Shown: one piece after another, positions 47,827 to 59,700 of the stretch
How the letters are laid out: the number at the start of each line of letters is the position of its first letter
How positions within the stretch are numbered: position 1 is the first letter of the stretch
NCBI GenBank assembly: GCA_965224025.1
Contig: OZ245033.1
Location: 4,864,001 to 4,928,000, forward strand
Direction: 5' to 3'
Source: Candidatus Multivorans sp.
GTDB taxonomy: Bacteria; Acidobacteriota; Thermoanaerobaculia; Multivoradales; Multivoraceae
DNA: 64,000 nucleotides
Notes under the pieces: generated by a model
The model's database searches: none
Seen by the model: the letters and a program-made list of their open reading frames with translations, nothing else
What the model was told of the DNA's origin: nothing
Position numbers and translations under genes: made by a program

Positions 47827-48975
47827 CAGGATGCTCCCCCGCCCGCCTCGACCCAGGCCAGCGTCTCGTCCAGGCCGCGGCCGAAGCGCTCCAGGATTTG
47901 GTCGATGTCCGACTCGGTGACGATCAAGGGCGGGCAGAAAGCCACCGTGTCGCCCAGCGCCCGCAGGATCAAAGCCTGATCCAGGCAGCGCTCCATGCAG
48001 TACGTCCCCACTCCGCGCCGGACCGGGAAGGCCTCACGGGTCCGCTTGTCCGCCACCAGCTCGCAGGCGCCGAGCAGTCCTTTACCGCGCACTTCCCCTA
48101 CCAACGGATGGTCCGCGAAACGCCGCAGCCCGGTCTGGAAGTAGCGACCGACCCGGGCGGCGTGAGCAAAGAGGTTCCGCTCCTCCATCAGTTCCAGCGC
48201 CTTGAGCGCTACCGCGGCACAGACCGGATGCCCCGTGTAGGTGAAGCCGTGACCGAACACCCCCCAGCGCTCGCCCGCCTCGACGAACACATCGACCATC
48301 TCATCCGGCACCAGCACCGCGCTGATCGGCAGGTATGCGGACGACAGGGCCTTCGCGACCGAGGCGGTATCCGGCCTCATCCCCATCGCCTCGGCGCCGA
48401 ACGGCGTACCGAGCCGGCCGAACCCGCAGATTATCTCGTCGTCGATCAGCAGCACGTCGTGCTCGTCCAGGACCTTCTGGATCGCCGGGTAGTAACCCTC
48501 GGGCGGCACGACGACGCCGCCGGCGCCCAGAACCGGCTCGGCAATGAAGGCCGCGACGGTTTCGGGCCCCTCGGCTCGGATCAACTTGTCGAGTTCGGCC
48601 GCCAGCCGGGCAGTGAACTCCGCTTTCGTCTCGCCCGGCTTGCCGTCCCGGTAGTAGTGCGGGCAGGTCACGTGGCGAAACTGCGGCAGCGGCAGGTCGA
48701 AGCTCTTGTGGAACGGGGGCAGCCCGGTCATGCTGCCGGCAGCCAGAGAGACGCCGTGGTAGCCGCGGCGGCGGCTGATGATCTTCTTCTTCTCCGGCCG
48801 ACCGAGCGCGTTGTTGTAGTACCAGACGAGCTTGACCTGGGTGTCGTTCGCGTCCGAGCCGGAGGTGCCGAAGAAGGCCTTCGCGTTCTGAACCGGCCCG
48901 ATCTCGACCCGCAGCGCCTTCCAGGCCTCGGTGAGGCCGGCCTGCGCGGCGTCATCGAACGCGAGGACGCCTGGA
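47826..48975 (-). pseudogene. Class III aminotransferase lacking most of its N-terminus
   Basis: FFGTSGSDAND, GYHG, AFIAEPVLGAGG, DEIICGFGRLG, AKALSSAYLPISA. The N-terminal region is reduced to scraps fused to MFS sequence. Confidence 0.75.
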
Positions 48976-48989
48976 TCCTCCCCGCCGTC

Positions 48990-49588
48990 GAACTCGCCGG
49001 CAAGGTCCGTCTCCCCCCTCGGCCGGGGCAGCAACCGCCAGAGCGCCAGCGGCAGAATGCCCGGAACGTACGTCGCAGCCAGGATCTCCGTACCGCGGCC
49101 CAGGCCATGCTCGGCGACCGCCCAGGCGGCGAACGGCGCGACCACGATGCCGCCCGCGGAGAGGCCGGTGAACACGATCGAGAGCGCGAGGGCCCGCCGT
49201 CGCGCGAACCACCTCGGATCAGTGTGCTCGCAGTCAGCATGTTCGTGGCCGAGAAGCCGATTCCGAACACGACGAACGCCGCATAGACCTCGAGAATGGT
49301 CTCTGCGCGGCCGATCGCGACAAGGGACACCGCACAGATGGCGACACCGGCGGCGACGGACCAGCGGGCGTCGATCCGCTCGATCAGGCTGGCGACGGCG
49401 AGACCGACGAAGCCGCTGGTGGCGAAGAACACCGTCGACGCGAACGACGCCGAGAACACCGAGAAGCCGCGCTCCCGGGTCAGGGCCTCGAGCAGCACGG
49501 ACTGGTTATAGAAGCCCAGCCCCGACGAGAACATCATCATGGCGAAGAGCGCGCCGACGATCTGCCAGCGGGTGGAGATGCGCAGCAT
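48990..49588 (-). pseudogene. Second MFS copy: N-terminal half only, with internal frameshift
   Basis: MLRISTRWQIVGALFAMMMFSSGLGFYNQSVLLEALTRERGFSV is nearly identical to the 38762 copy; frame break near 49215. Confidence 0.8.
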
Positions 49589-49990
49589 CACGACGCCTCG
49601 CGTAGCGAGTCGAGGCTGCTCCACTCTTCGGACGACACGCCCAAGAGAAACACACTCGGCGCTTCCGCAGGCAACTCGGACTCGAGCTGGTCACGAAGAT
49701 GCCCCTGAACCACAACCATCGCCAGGAGCACCATGAGACCGAGTCCCAGAGCCACCGTCGCCGGCAGGGTTCCCGACTCGGGCCGCGCGAGTGCCGAGAT
49801 GCCGTGTCGCAGCCAGTACGCCCGGCACAACGGCGCCAATCGCCAGGCGACGCCGCGCACGGCAAGACGGCCAGGGTGCGCTCGCCGGAGCGCAACTCGC
49901 GACGCAGTTTCCGGGTCTCGATCCGCGGAGGAGTTCGAGGCGGCGCGGCGGCGGCAGGCGAAGCGCTTCGGTCGCCGCTCAGAAGATCCC
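49588..49990 (-). pseudogene. Remnants of YbbA ATPase 5' end and YbbP permease segments
   Basis: PPRIETRKLRRELRSGERTL (cf. 41940-42010), WLRHGISALARPESGTL...APSVFL (cf. 39710-39930) and DSLREAS (cf. 38762-38790). Confidence 0.85.
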
Positions 49991-50548
49991 CATCATCGCG
50001 CGCCACTGTTCCAGGCTGCTCGGTCGGAGGTAGGCGTCCGACTGCAATTCACGGCCGATCGTCGAGAACGACTCCGGACCGTAGTCGTGCCCCGGGTAGA
50101 TTCCCACCTCCGGCGGCAGCGCCTTCAACCGCTCCAGGGAGCGGAACATGGCGACATCGCCGTCGCGAAACGCTTACACCCCGTCGGGCGGGCAACCCGC
50201 GATCTCGGCGCCGCGCTCGGCCTCAGCCTCGTGAATCAGCATCGGCAGATCGAACTCGGCGCGCAACTCGCGCACGCCGGGGATGTGCTGGCCCATGATC
50301 TCCCCGCCGATGTGATCCTGGTGGAAGTGCGTCGCCAGTACGCCCGTCACCTCGTAGCCCTGCTCTCCGGCGATCCTGACGACGCCGAGCGGCTCCCAGG
50401 CCGGGTCCACGACCCAGGCCTTGCGAGTGACTGAGTCCGCCAGGACGTAGACGAAGTTGGCCATCGGGCCGGCCTGGATCTGGACGAGCCGGGGTTCGGC
50501 GGCCGTGGCGGCGGGGTGTCGCGCGGCAAGCTGAGAAGTGTCGGTCAT
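49980..50548 (-). pseudogene. Second copy of the MBL hydrolase, with internal deletion and premature stop
   Basis: Near-identical to 42047-42775 (THFHQDHIGGEIMGQHIPGVRELRAEFDL); stop at 50174; the segment equivalent to ~42220-42375 is missing. Confidence 0.88.
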
Positions 50549-50726
50549 GGCCTGCGGAACCTACCGCGACCGTCGCCGGCCGGCCAACGAGCCGCACCTC
50601 CGCGGCGCACGCCGCGGCCGCCAGGACCATCCAGACCGTAGCCCAGTTCCGCCTACATGCGGCCGTCCATGTCTGCGCAGCCCTGGATCGCCGAGTTCGC
50701 CGCCTCGTGCGCGCGCAGCGACGGGA

Positions 50727-53700
50727 CTACTCCTCTCTCTTCGGATCCGAGCGCCTTACGTCGCAGTCCTTTCCGCGTGCGGCAACCTTCGCGCAGAGGG
50801 CCGCCGCCACATGCCGATCGAGGAACGCGTCGGCAAGCAGAACGCGAATGAGACCGTCACTCTGCGACGCGTCGAACGCGAACTTGAGTTGTTCTTCACG
50901 AACGAGGTCCGACAGATCCACGGCCAGCCGTACCCGAATTCTGACGGCGTCGGCAACTGTCGGGAACGCGCCGAACTGCACGATGTAGCGGCGTTCCCCG
51001 CCGGTTCGATGAGTGGAATTCGTTGTTGCGAGGATGCTCTCCTTCCTCTCACGGTCCGGGCTCGAATACTCGGGTTTCAGCGCATGCAGCGTCCGAGACG
51101 CTTCCCGCGGCGCCGCGGCAATGTAGACCAAGCCGAAACGAGCCCCGTGCTCCGGAGGTCCCGCCGTCCGTTCGAACCGTTCCGCGACGACCTCCAGCCT
51201 CAGACTCCTCTCAAGCTCGAAACGCAGCCCCACCTGGGACCTGATCGGCTTCGTCCCCTCCAGACCGACTACAGCGAACGGCGCGAGGACGCCGCTCCAG
51301 CTCTCGAGTCCGTAGTGCAGGCGCAGGTCGGAGCGTTCCGGCACCCACGCCGCCTGGCCGACGTCACGATCGCGACTGCCACCGTAGCCAGCGCCCGGGA
51401 GCGGCCCCAGCGTCTGGTCTGACTGCCACAGAGCACTCCCGGCGGCCGACACGACGCCCCAGGACGGCGTAAGAGCCACCCCTAGTCCGAGGCCGTTCTC
51501 CCCCGCGCCCAGACGAACGGTCAACCCCGCGCCCCAGGCAGCGAACCCCTGCTCCTCGTGGGACGCCAGATAGCGGCCGCGGCCCTCCACTTCGACGCCC
51601 GACGCACTGTTGCTGTACCTCACGCGAGCGCCCAACTCCACTCCCAGACCGGTGGCTGAAGCACCGCCATCCAAGCGGCCCCCAACCTCGATGAGCGGAG
51701 ACAGACGGCCGTGCTCCGACAAGGACCAGTCGGCGCTGCCCTCGACCAGCACGCGGGCTCGATAGGCATCTGCCGACACCGCGGCGAGGCCTTCTGCTCC
51801 CGCGGTCTTCAGGCGAGTACCGAACACGTCGCCCTTGAGCGCGAGACCGTAGACGGATCCCGCGCGCAGCTCCCGGCGCATTCCGCCGGCAACGAGTTCG
51901 CGGGTCAGGTCCGCGCGCAGATCCTCATCCTGCGCGTCCGACAAGTGCATTTCGCCGACACCCGCGCCAAGAAGCGCCCACGCACTCAGACCTCGGCGGA
52001 GCGACCAGTGCGCGTATGGCAGCAGCGTTACGAGATCCGCCTCGACGACTCCGGCGCCGGAGAGCTCGCCCCGGTACTCGACGTCTCCATGACTCCGCGA
52101 CAACGCCAGCCCGAACACCGTGCCGCCCCGCCGTCGGTCGACGCCGAGATACACGGAACTCGCCCGGCCGTCGGTCTCGTAGGTCCGGCCCCGGAAGCTG
52201 CCCTGATCGCCCCGGCCCCAGAACGTCCAGGGCCGTTGCACGGCGCCGGACTCGGACCCCTCTCTCCGGTCGCCTCCGAAGTACACGTCGAACGAACTCC
52301 GGGACACCAGATCCCAGAACGGCGACAGTCGCTCTCCGTACATCCGCGAGCCAAAGCCGCCCGACGGGGAACCGCCGAACCCGCTCGAAGACGTACCCGG
52401 CCCTGCAGCGAAGCCGCCGCCGGGCAACCCGGACATCATGCCGATCGACGTGCCGGAACCCGGACCCGCAGACCCGCCCGGTCCGTAGGCCGGCGAGCCG
52501 GCCCCGCTCCAGACTCCCGCCCCGAAGGGACCACCGAGGGCGCCGCTCCCTCCGAAGCCCAACGCCGACGCCGGGCCGAACGCCGAAAGCCCGCCGAGAC
52601 CCCCGAAACCGGGGAGGCGCCGGCCGGCGGCGCCCCGACCCGCCCGCGAACCGAGCGGCAGCCGGTACCCGTACACGGTCGCACGCGATTGACCGCCGAA
52701 CCCACCGGTCTCAAAGCGACTGCCGATCGCGTCCACGGCGTTGGACGCCAGCATCCGGCCAAGGCCCGCCAACGCGAACTCCACCGCCTCGGCCCTTTCC
52801 TCCGGAGGGATCGCCACCGGCTCGGTCGGAACGCTCCGAGCCTGCTTGCCTGGACCCTGTGCATCCACATAAGAGACCGTGGCGCGCAGGCGCCGGCCCA
52901 CGTCCGCCGCCACCGGCACATAGCCGGGAGACGCCGCTGCCCCGATGTTCTCCCAGTTCGCGCCGGCCGACCGCTGCCACTGCCAAAACTCCTGGGCGAC
53001 GCTGCCGTCCGGATCGCTCAGCGTGGCCGTCAGATCGCCACCCACCTCCGCCGACAGCGACGACAGTTCCACCGAACCTGCTTCGTCCTCGTTCAGCACG
53101 GTGACGACGACAACAGCCGTCACGGCCAACCCCGCGCCGTCGTCTGCGCGTATGGTGAACTCGTACCGCGGCGGGGCGGACTCGTAGTCTTCGCCAGCGC
53201 CCTCGTAGGACAACGCTCCACCGTCCTCGATCGCGAAGAGCTTGCCTTCCGACTCGAGAAGCGAGTAGACGACCCGGTCCTGCCGGTTCGGATCGACGGC
53301 CGAGACCACACCGAGCCGCAACGGGCCTGAGACGTTCTCCGGCAGGTCGAACGCGTACTCCTCCCGATCGAACCGCGGCGCCTCGTTCAAGTACGCGGCG
53401 ATCGTGAACGGCGGCGAGCGGAGACTCGCGTTGCCCGCCGCATCGAACGCCGCGCCGCCCAAGACCTGCACCGACACCTTCCCGCGAAGATCCCGCAGCG
53501 GCGTGATCACCGCCGTGTAGTCGGCGTCCAGGCCGGACAAGCCGGACGGCTCGCCGTTCCGCACCTCGATGCCGCTCAGATCGAAGCCGGACACCGGCTC
53601 GCTGAACGTGATCGAGACCTCGAACGCCCCGTTCACCGGGAGCAAGGCGGCGGTGGCCACTGCGACCGCGGGCGCCGCCATGTCCACCATCGCCGTGACG

Positions 53701-56700
53701 GGAGGCGACTCGACGTTGCCGTTCCCCGCCAAGTCGGTCGCCATTTCGGCAATGACCTGCACCGACACGGCCCCCTCGTGGCCCGGGAACGGCGTGATCG
53801 TGACCGTGTACTCCGCACCGCTGCCCGCCAGGTCCGACGCCTCGGCATTCGTCACCTGGAGGCTTGCGAGGCCAAAGCCCACCACCGGCTCGCTGAAGGT
53901 GATCGAAACCGAGAAGGAGTCGTTCATGGGTTGCCCGGCATCAACCGACAACTCCACAGTCGGCACCACCAGATCGGCCGCAATCACGAAGCGATTCGAT
54001 GCCACGTTCCAGCCGTCCGAAGCATCCCGCGCGGCCGCGGCCAGCACCTGCACGGAAACTTCGCCCGCGACTCCTGACAACGGGATGATCCGCGCCGTGT
54101 AGTCGGTTCCGCCGCCGGCCAGGTCGGAGGCGGCGCCGCCCGAAACCTCCACGCCGTCGATGCCGAAGCCGGACACCGGCTCGCTGAACGCGATTGCCAC
54201 CTCAAAGGCGCCGGTCACAGGCGGCTCGGCGCCGCTGGCCACGACCACGTTCGGCCCGTCGTCGTTGTCATCGACCGTGATCTCCTCCCTGCCGAACTCG
54301 AAGCCACGCACCGTTGCCGTAACGACAATCGTCTCGATGCCTTCAACTCGTTCGTCGTCCACAGCCGAGATGATCACCTCCGTGGCCCCCGACAATGCGC
54401 CTGCCGGGATGACGATCGCGTCACCACTGAACGCGTAGTCCACGCCTCGTCTGGCGGAGCCTTCGAACACGAGCGTGACGGTCTCCTCGGTCACGAACAC
54501 GCCCTCCGTCGCCATCTCAACCCACACCCGTGCGGAAGTCGAGCCGGTCTCCGAGATTCGCGTCGGCGAGACGGTCAGAATGGGTTCGGGTTCGGGCTCG
54601 GGTTCGGGCTCGGGCTCGGGCTCGGGTTCGGGTTCGGGCTCGGGTTCAGGCTCGGGTTCGGGTTCGGGCTCGGGTTCAGGCTCGGGTTCGGGTTCGGGCT
54701 CGGGCTCAGGGTCTCCCCCCGTGCCGCCGTCGGTGATCGTCGTCGTCGCCGCCGCGGCGTCGCGCTCGGCCGTACCCGCGGCCGTGCTCGCCCCGGTCAG
54801 CGTCACGATCAGGGTCTCTCCCGGGTCCAGCACGCCGTCCGAGGTCGTCTGGATCGCGATCGTCCCGCTCGATTGGCCCGCCGCGATCGTCAGAGAGCCG
54901 ACCGGCGCGGTGTAGTCCGCGCCCGGGGTCGCCGTGCCGCCGACGGCGTAGCCGACCACCACGTCCGCCGTGCTCTCGCCGCCCGTCAACTCCACCGTGA
55001 AGCCCGCCGCGGAACCCTCGGAGACGGTCGCCGAGTCCGCCGTCACGGACGCCGTCAGCGTCTCGTCGTCAACAATCGTCGCCGTCGCCGTCGCGACGCC
55101 CACGGTCACCCCGTCCGGCAGGGTCGCGCCCGTGATCGTCACCGTGAAGGTCTCCTCCGCCTCCGCCAGATCGTCCTCCACCGTCGACACCGTCAGCGTC
55201 CCCGTCGTCTCGCCCGCCGAGATGGTGAGCGTCCCGGCCGTCACCGCCGTGAAGTCCGTACCCGAGGTCGCCGTGCCCGCCGCGGTGCTCCAGCCCAGCA
55301 CCGTGTCCGCCGCCGCGGCGCCCGACAGCTCGACCGCGAACTGGACGTCCTCGCCTTCCCCGGCGGTCGAGCCGGCGATCGACACCGTCTCCATGCCGCC
55401 GTCGGTGATCGTCGTCGTGGCCGCCGCGGCGTCGCGCTCGGCCGTACCCGCGGCCGTGCTCGCCCCGGTCAGCGTCACGATCAGGGTCTCTCCCGGGTCC
55501 AGCACGCCGTCCGAGGTCGTCTGGATCTCGATCGTCCCGCTCGATTGGCCCGCCGCGATCGTCAGAGAGCCGACCGGCGCGGTGTAGTCCGCGCCCGGGG
55601 TCGCCGTGCCGCCGACGGCGTAGCCGACCACCACGTCCGCCGTGCTCTCGCCGCCCGTCAACTCCACCGTGAAGCCCGCCGCGGAACCCTCGGAGACGGT
55701 CGCCGAGTCCGCCGTCACGGACGCCGTCAGCGTCTCGTCGTCAACAATCGTCGCCGTCGCCGTCGCGACGCCCACGGTCACCCCGTCCGGCAGGGTCGCG
55801 CCCGTGATCGTCACCGTGAAGGTCTCCTCCGCCTCCGCCAGATCGTCCTCCACCGTCGACACCGTCAGCGTCCCCGTCGTCTCGCCCGCCGAGATGGTGA
55901 GCGTCCCGGCCGTCACCGCCGTGAAGTCCGTACCCGAGGTCGCCGTGCCGGCCGCGGTGCTCCAGCCCAGCACCGTGTCCGCCGCCGCGGCGCCCGACAG
56001 CTCGACCGCGAACTGGACGTCCTCGCCTTCCCCGGCGGTCGAGCCGGCGATCGACACCGTCTCCATGCCGCCGTCGGTGATCGTCGTCGTGGCCGCCGCG
56101 GCGTCGCGCTCGGCCGTACCCGCGGCCGTGCTCGCCCCGGTCAGCGTCACGATCAGGGTCTCCCCCGGGTCCAGCACGCCGTCCGAGGTCGTCTGGATCT
56201 CGATCGTCCCGCTCGATTGGCCCGCCGCGATCGTCAGAGAGCCGACCGGCGCGGTGTAGTCCGCGCCCGGGGTCGCCGTGCCGCCGACGGCGTAGCCGAC
56301 CACCACGTCCGCCGTGCTCTCGCCGCCCGTCAACTCCACCGTGAAGCCCGCCGCGGAACCCTCGGAGACGGTCGCCGAGTCCGCCGTCACGGACGCCGTC
56401 AGCGTCTCGTCGTCAACAATCGTCGCCGTCGCCGTCGCGACGCCCACGGTCACCCCGTCCGGCAGGGTCGCGCCCGTGATCGTCACCGTGAAGGTCTCCT
56501 CCGCCTCCGCCAGATCGTCCTCCACCGTCGACACCGTCAGCGTCCCGGTGGGCTGGCCCGCCGAGATGGTGAGCGTCCCGGCCGTCACCGCCGTGAAGTC
56601 CGTACCCGAGGTCGCCGTGCCCGCCGCGGTGCTCCAGCCCAGCACCGTGTCCGCCGCCGCGGCGCCCGACAGCTCGACCGCGAACGACAGCTCCCCGCCT

Positions 56701-59700
56701 TCCTCCGCGCTCGCCGCCGCGACCGACACCGTCTCCGTCCCCGAGTCCGTGATCGTCGTCGTCGCCGCCGCGGCGTCGCGCTCGGCCGTACCCGCGGCCG
56801 TGCTCGCCCCGGTCAGCGTCACGATCAGGGTCTCCCCCGGGTCCAGCACGCCGTCCGAGGTCGTCTGGATCGCGATCGTCCCGCTCGATTGGCCCGCCGC
56901 GATCGTCAGAGAGCCGACCGGCGCGGTGTAGTCCGCGCCCGGGGTCGCCGTGCCGCCGACGGCGTAGCCGACCACCACGTCCGCCGTGCTCTCGCCGCCC
57001 GTCAACTCCACCGTGAAGCCCGCCGCGGAACCCTCGGAGACGGTCGCCGAGTCCGCCGTCACGGACGCCGTCAGCGTCTCGTCGTCAACAATCGTCGCCG
57101 TCGCCGTCGCGACGCCCACGGTCACCCCGTCCGGCAGGGTCGCGCCCGTGATCGTCACCGTGAAGGTCTCCTCCGCCTCCGCCAGATCGTCCTCCACCGT
57201 CGACACCGTCAGCGTCCCCGTCGTCTCGCCCGCCGAGATGGTGAGCGTCCCGGCCGTCACCGCCGTGAAGTCCGTACCCGAGGTCGCCGTGCCCGCCGCC
57301 GTCGTCCAGCCCAGCACCGTGTCCGACCCCGCCGCCCCCGTCAGCTCGACCGCGAACGACAGCTCCCCGCCTTCCTCCGCGCTCGCCGCCGCGACCGACA
57401 CCGTCTCCGTCCCCGAGTCCGTGATCGTCGTCGTCGCCGCCGCGGCGTCGCGCTCGGCCGTACCCGCGGCCGTGCTCGCCCCGGTCAGCGTCACGATCAG
57501 GGTCTCTCCCGGGTCCAGCACGCCGTCCGAGGTCGTCTGGATCTCGATCGTCCCGCTCGATTGGCCCGCCGCGATCGTCAGAGAGCCGACCGGCGCGGTG
57601 TAGTCCGCGCCCGGGGTCGCCGTGCCGCCGACGGCGTAGCCGACCACCACGTCCGCCGTGCTCTCGCCGCCCGTCAACTCCACCGTGAAGCCCGCCGCGG
57701 AACCCTCGGAGACGGTCGCCGAGTCCGCCGTCACGGACGCCGTCAGCGTCTCGTCGTCAACAATCGTCGCCGTCGCCGTCGCGACGCCCACGGTCACCCC
57801 GTCCGGCAGGGTCGCGCCCGTGATCGTCACCGTGAAGGTCTCCTCCGCCTCCGCCAGATCGTCCTCCACCGTCGACACCGTCAGCGTCCCCGTCGTCTCG
57901 CCCGCCGAGATGGTGAGCGTCCCGGCCGTCACCGCCGTGAAGTCCGTACCCGAGGTCGCCGTGCCGGCCGCGGTGCTCCAGCCCAGCACCGTGTCCGCCG
58001 CCGCGGCGCCCGACAGCTCGACCGCGAACTGGACGTCCTCGCCTTCCCCGGCGGTCGAGCCGGCGATCGACACCGTCTCCATGCCGCCGTCGGTGATCGT
58101 CGTCGTGGCCGCCGCGGCGTCGCGCTCGGCCGTACCCGCGGCCGTGCTCGCCCCGGTCAGCGTCACGATCAGGGTCTCCCCCGGGTCCAGCACGCCGTCC
58201 GAGGTCGTCTGGATCTCGATCGTCCCGCTCGATTGGCCCGCCGCGATCGTCAGAGAGCCGACCGGCGCGGTGTAGTCCGCGCCCGGGGTCGCCGTGCCGC
58301 CGACGGCGTAGCCGACCACCACGTCCGCCGTGCTCTCGCCGCCCGTCAACTCCACCGTGAAGCCCGCCGCGGAACCCTCGGAGACGGTCGCCGAGTCCGC
58401 CGTCACGGACGCCGTCAGCGTCTCGTCGTCAACAATCGTCGCCGTCGCCGTCGCGACGCCCACGGTCACCCCGTCCGGCAGGGTCGCGCCCGTGATCGTC
58501 ACCGTGAAGGTCTCCTCCGCCTCCGCCAGATCGTCCTCCACCGTCGACACCGTCAGCGTCCCCGTCGTCTCGCCCGCCGAGATGGTGAGCGTCCCGGCCG
58601 TCACCGCCGTGAAGTCCGTACCCGAGGTCGCCGTGCCCGCCGCGGTGCTCCAGCCCAGCACCGTGTCCGCCGCCGCGGCGCCCGACAGCTCGACCGCGAA
58701 CTGGACGTCCTCGCCTTCCCCGGCGGTCGAGCCGGCGATCGACACCGTCTCCATGCCGCCGTCGGTGATCGTCGTCGTGGCCGCCGCGGCGTCGCGCTCG
58801 GCCGTACCCGCGGCCGTGCTCGCCCCGGTCAGCGTCACGATCAGGGTCTCTCCCGGGTCCAGCACGCCGTCCGAGGTCGTCTGGATCGCGATCGTCCCGC
58901 TCGATTGGCCCGCCGCGATCGTCAGAGAGCCGACCGGCGCGGTGTAGTCCGCGCCCGGGGTCGCCGTGCCGCCGACGGCGTAGCCGACCACCACGTCCGC
59001 CGTGCTCTCGCCGCCCGTCAACTCCACCGTGAAGCCCGCCGCGGAACCCTCGGAGACGGTCGCCGAGTCCGCCGTCACGGACGCCGTCAGCGTCTCGTCG
59101 TCAACAATCGTCGCCGTCGCCGTCGCGACGCCCACGGTCACCCCGTCCGGCAGGGTCGCGCCCGTGATCGTCACCGTGAAGGTCTCCTCCGCCTCCGCCA
59201 GATCGTCCTCCACCGTCGACACCGTCAGCGTCCCCGTCGTCTCGCCCGCCGAGATGGTGAGCGTCCCGGCCGTCACCGCCGTGAAGTCCGTACCCGAGGT
59301 CGCCGTGCCCGCCGCGGTGCTCCAGCCCAGCACCGTGTCCGCCGCCGCGGCGCCCGACAGCTCGACCGCGAACTGGACGTCCTCGCCTTCCCCGGCGGTC
59401 GAGCCGGCGATCGACACCGTCTCCATGCCGCCGTCGGTGATCGTCGTCGTGGCCGCCGCGGCGTCGCGCTCGGCCGTACCCGCGGCCGTGCTCGCCCCGG
59501 TCAGCGTCACGATCAGGGTCTCTCCCGGGTCCAGCACGCCGTCCGAGGTCGTCTGGATCGCGATCGTCCCGCTCGATTGGCCCGCCGCGATCGTCAGAGA
59601 GCCGACCGGCGCGGTGTAGTCCGCGCCCGGGGTCGCCGTGCCGCCGACGGCGTAGCCGACCACCACGTCCGCCGTGCTCTCGCCGCCCGTCAACTCCACC

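Noticed and set aside
47826-49175. 449-aa ORF as a genuine membrane-anchored aminotransferase
   Set aside because: The N-terminus is MFS remnant and the aminotransferase lacks its N-terminal region; a deletion chimera explains it better.
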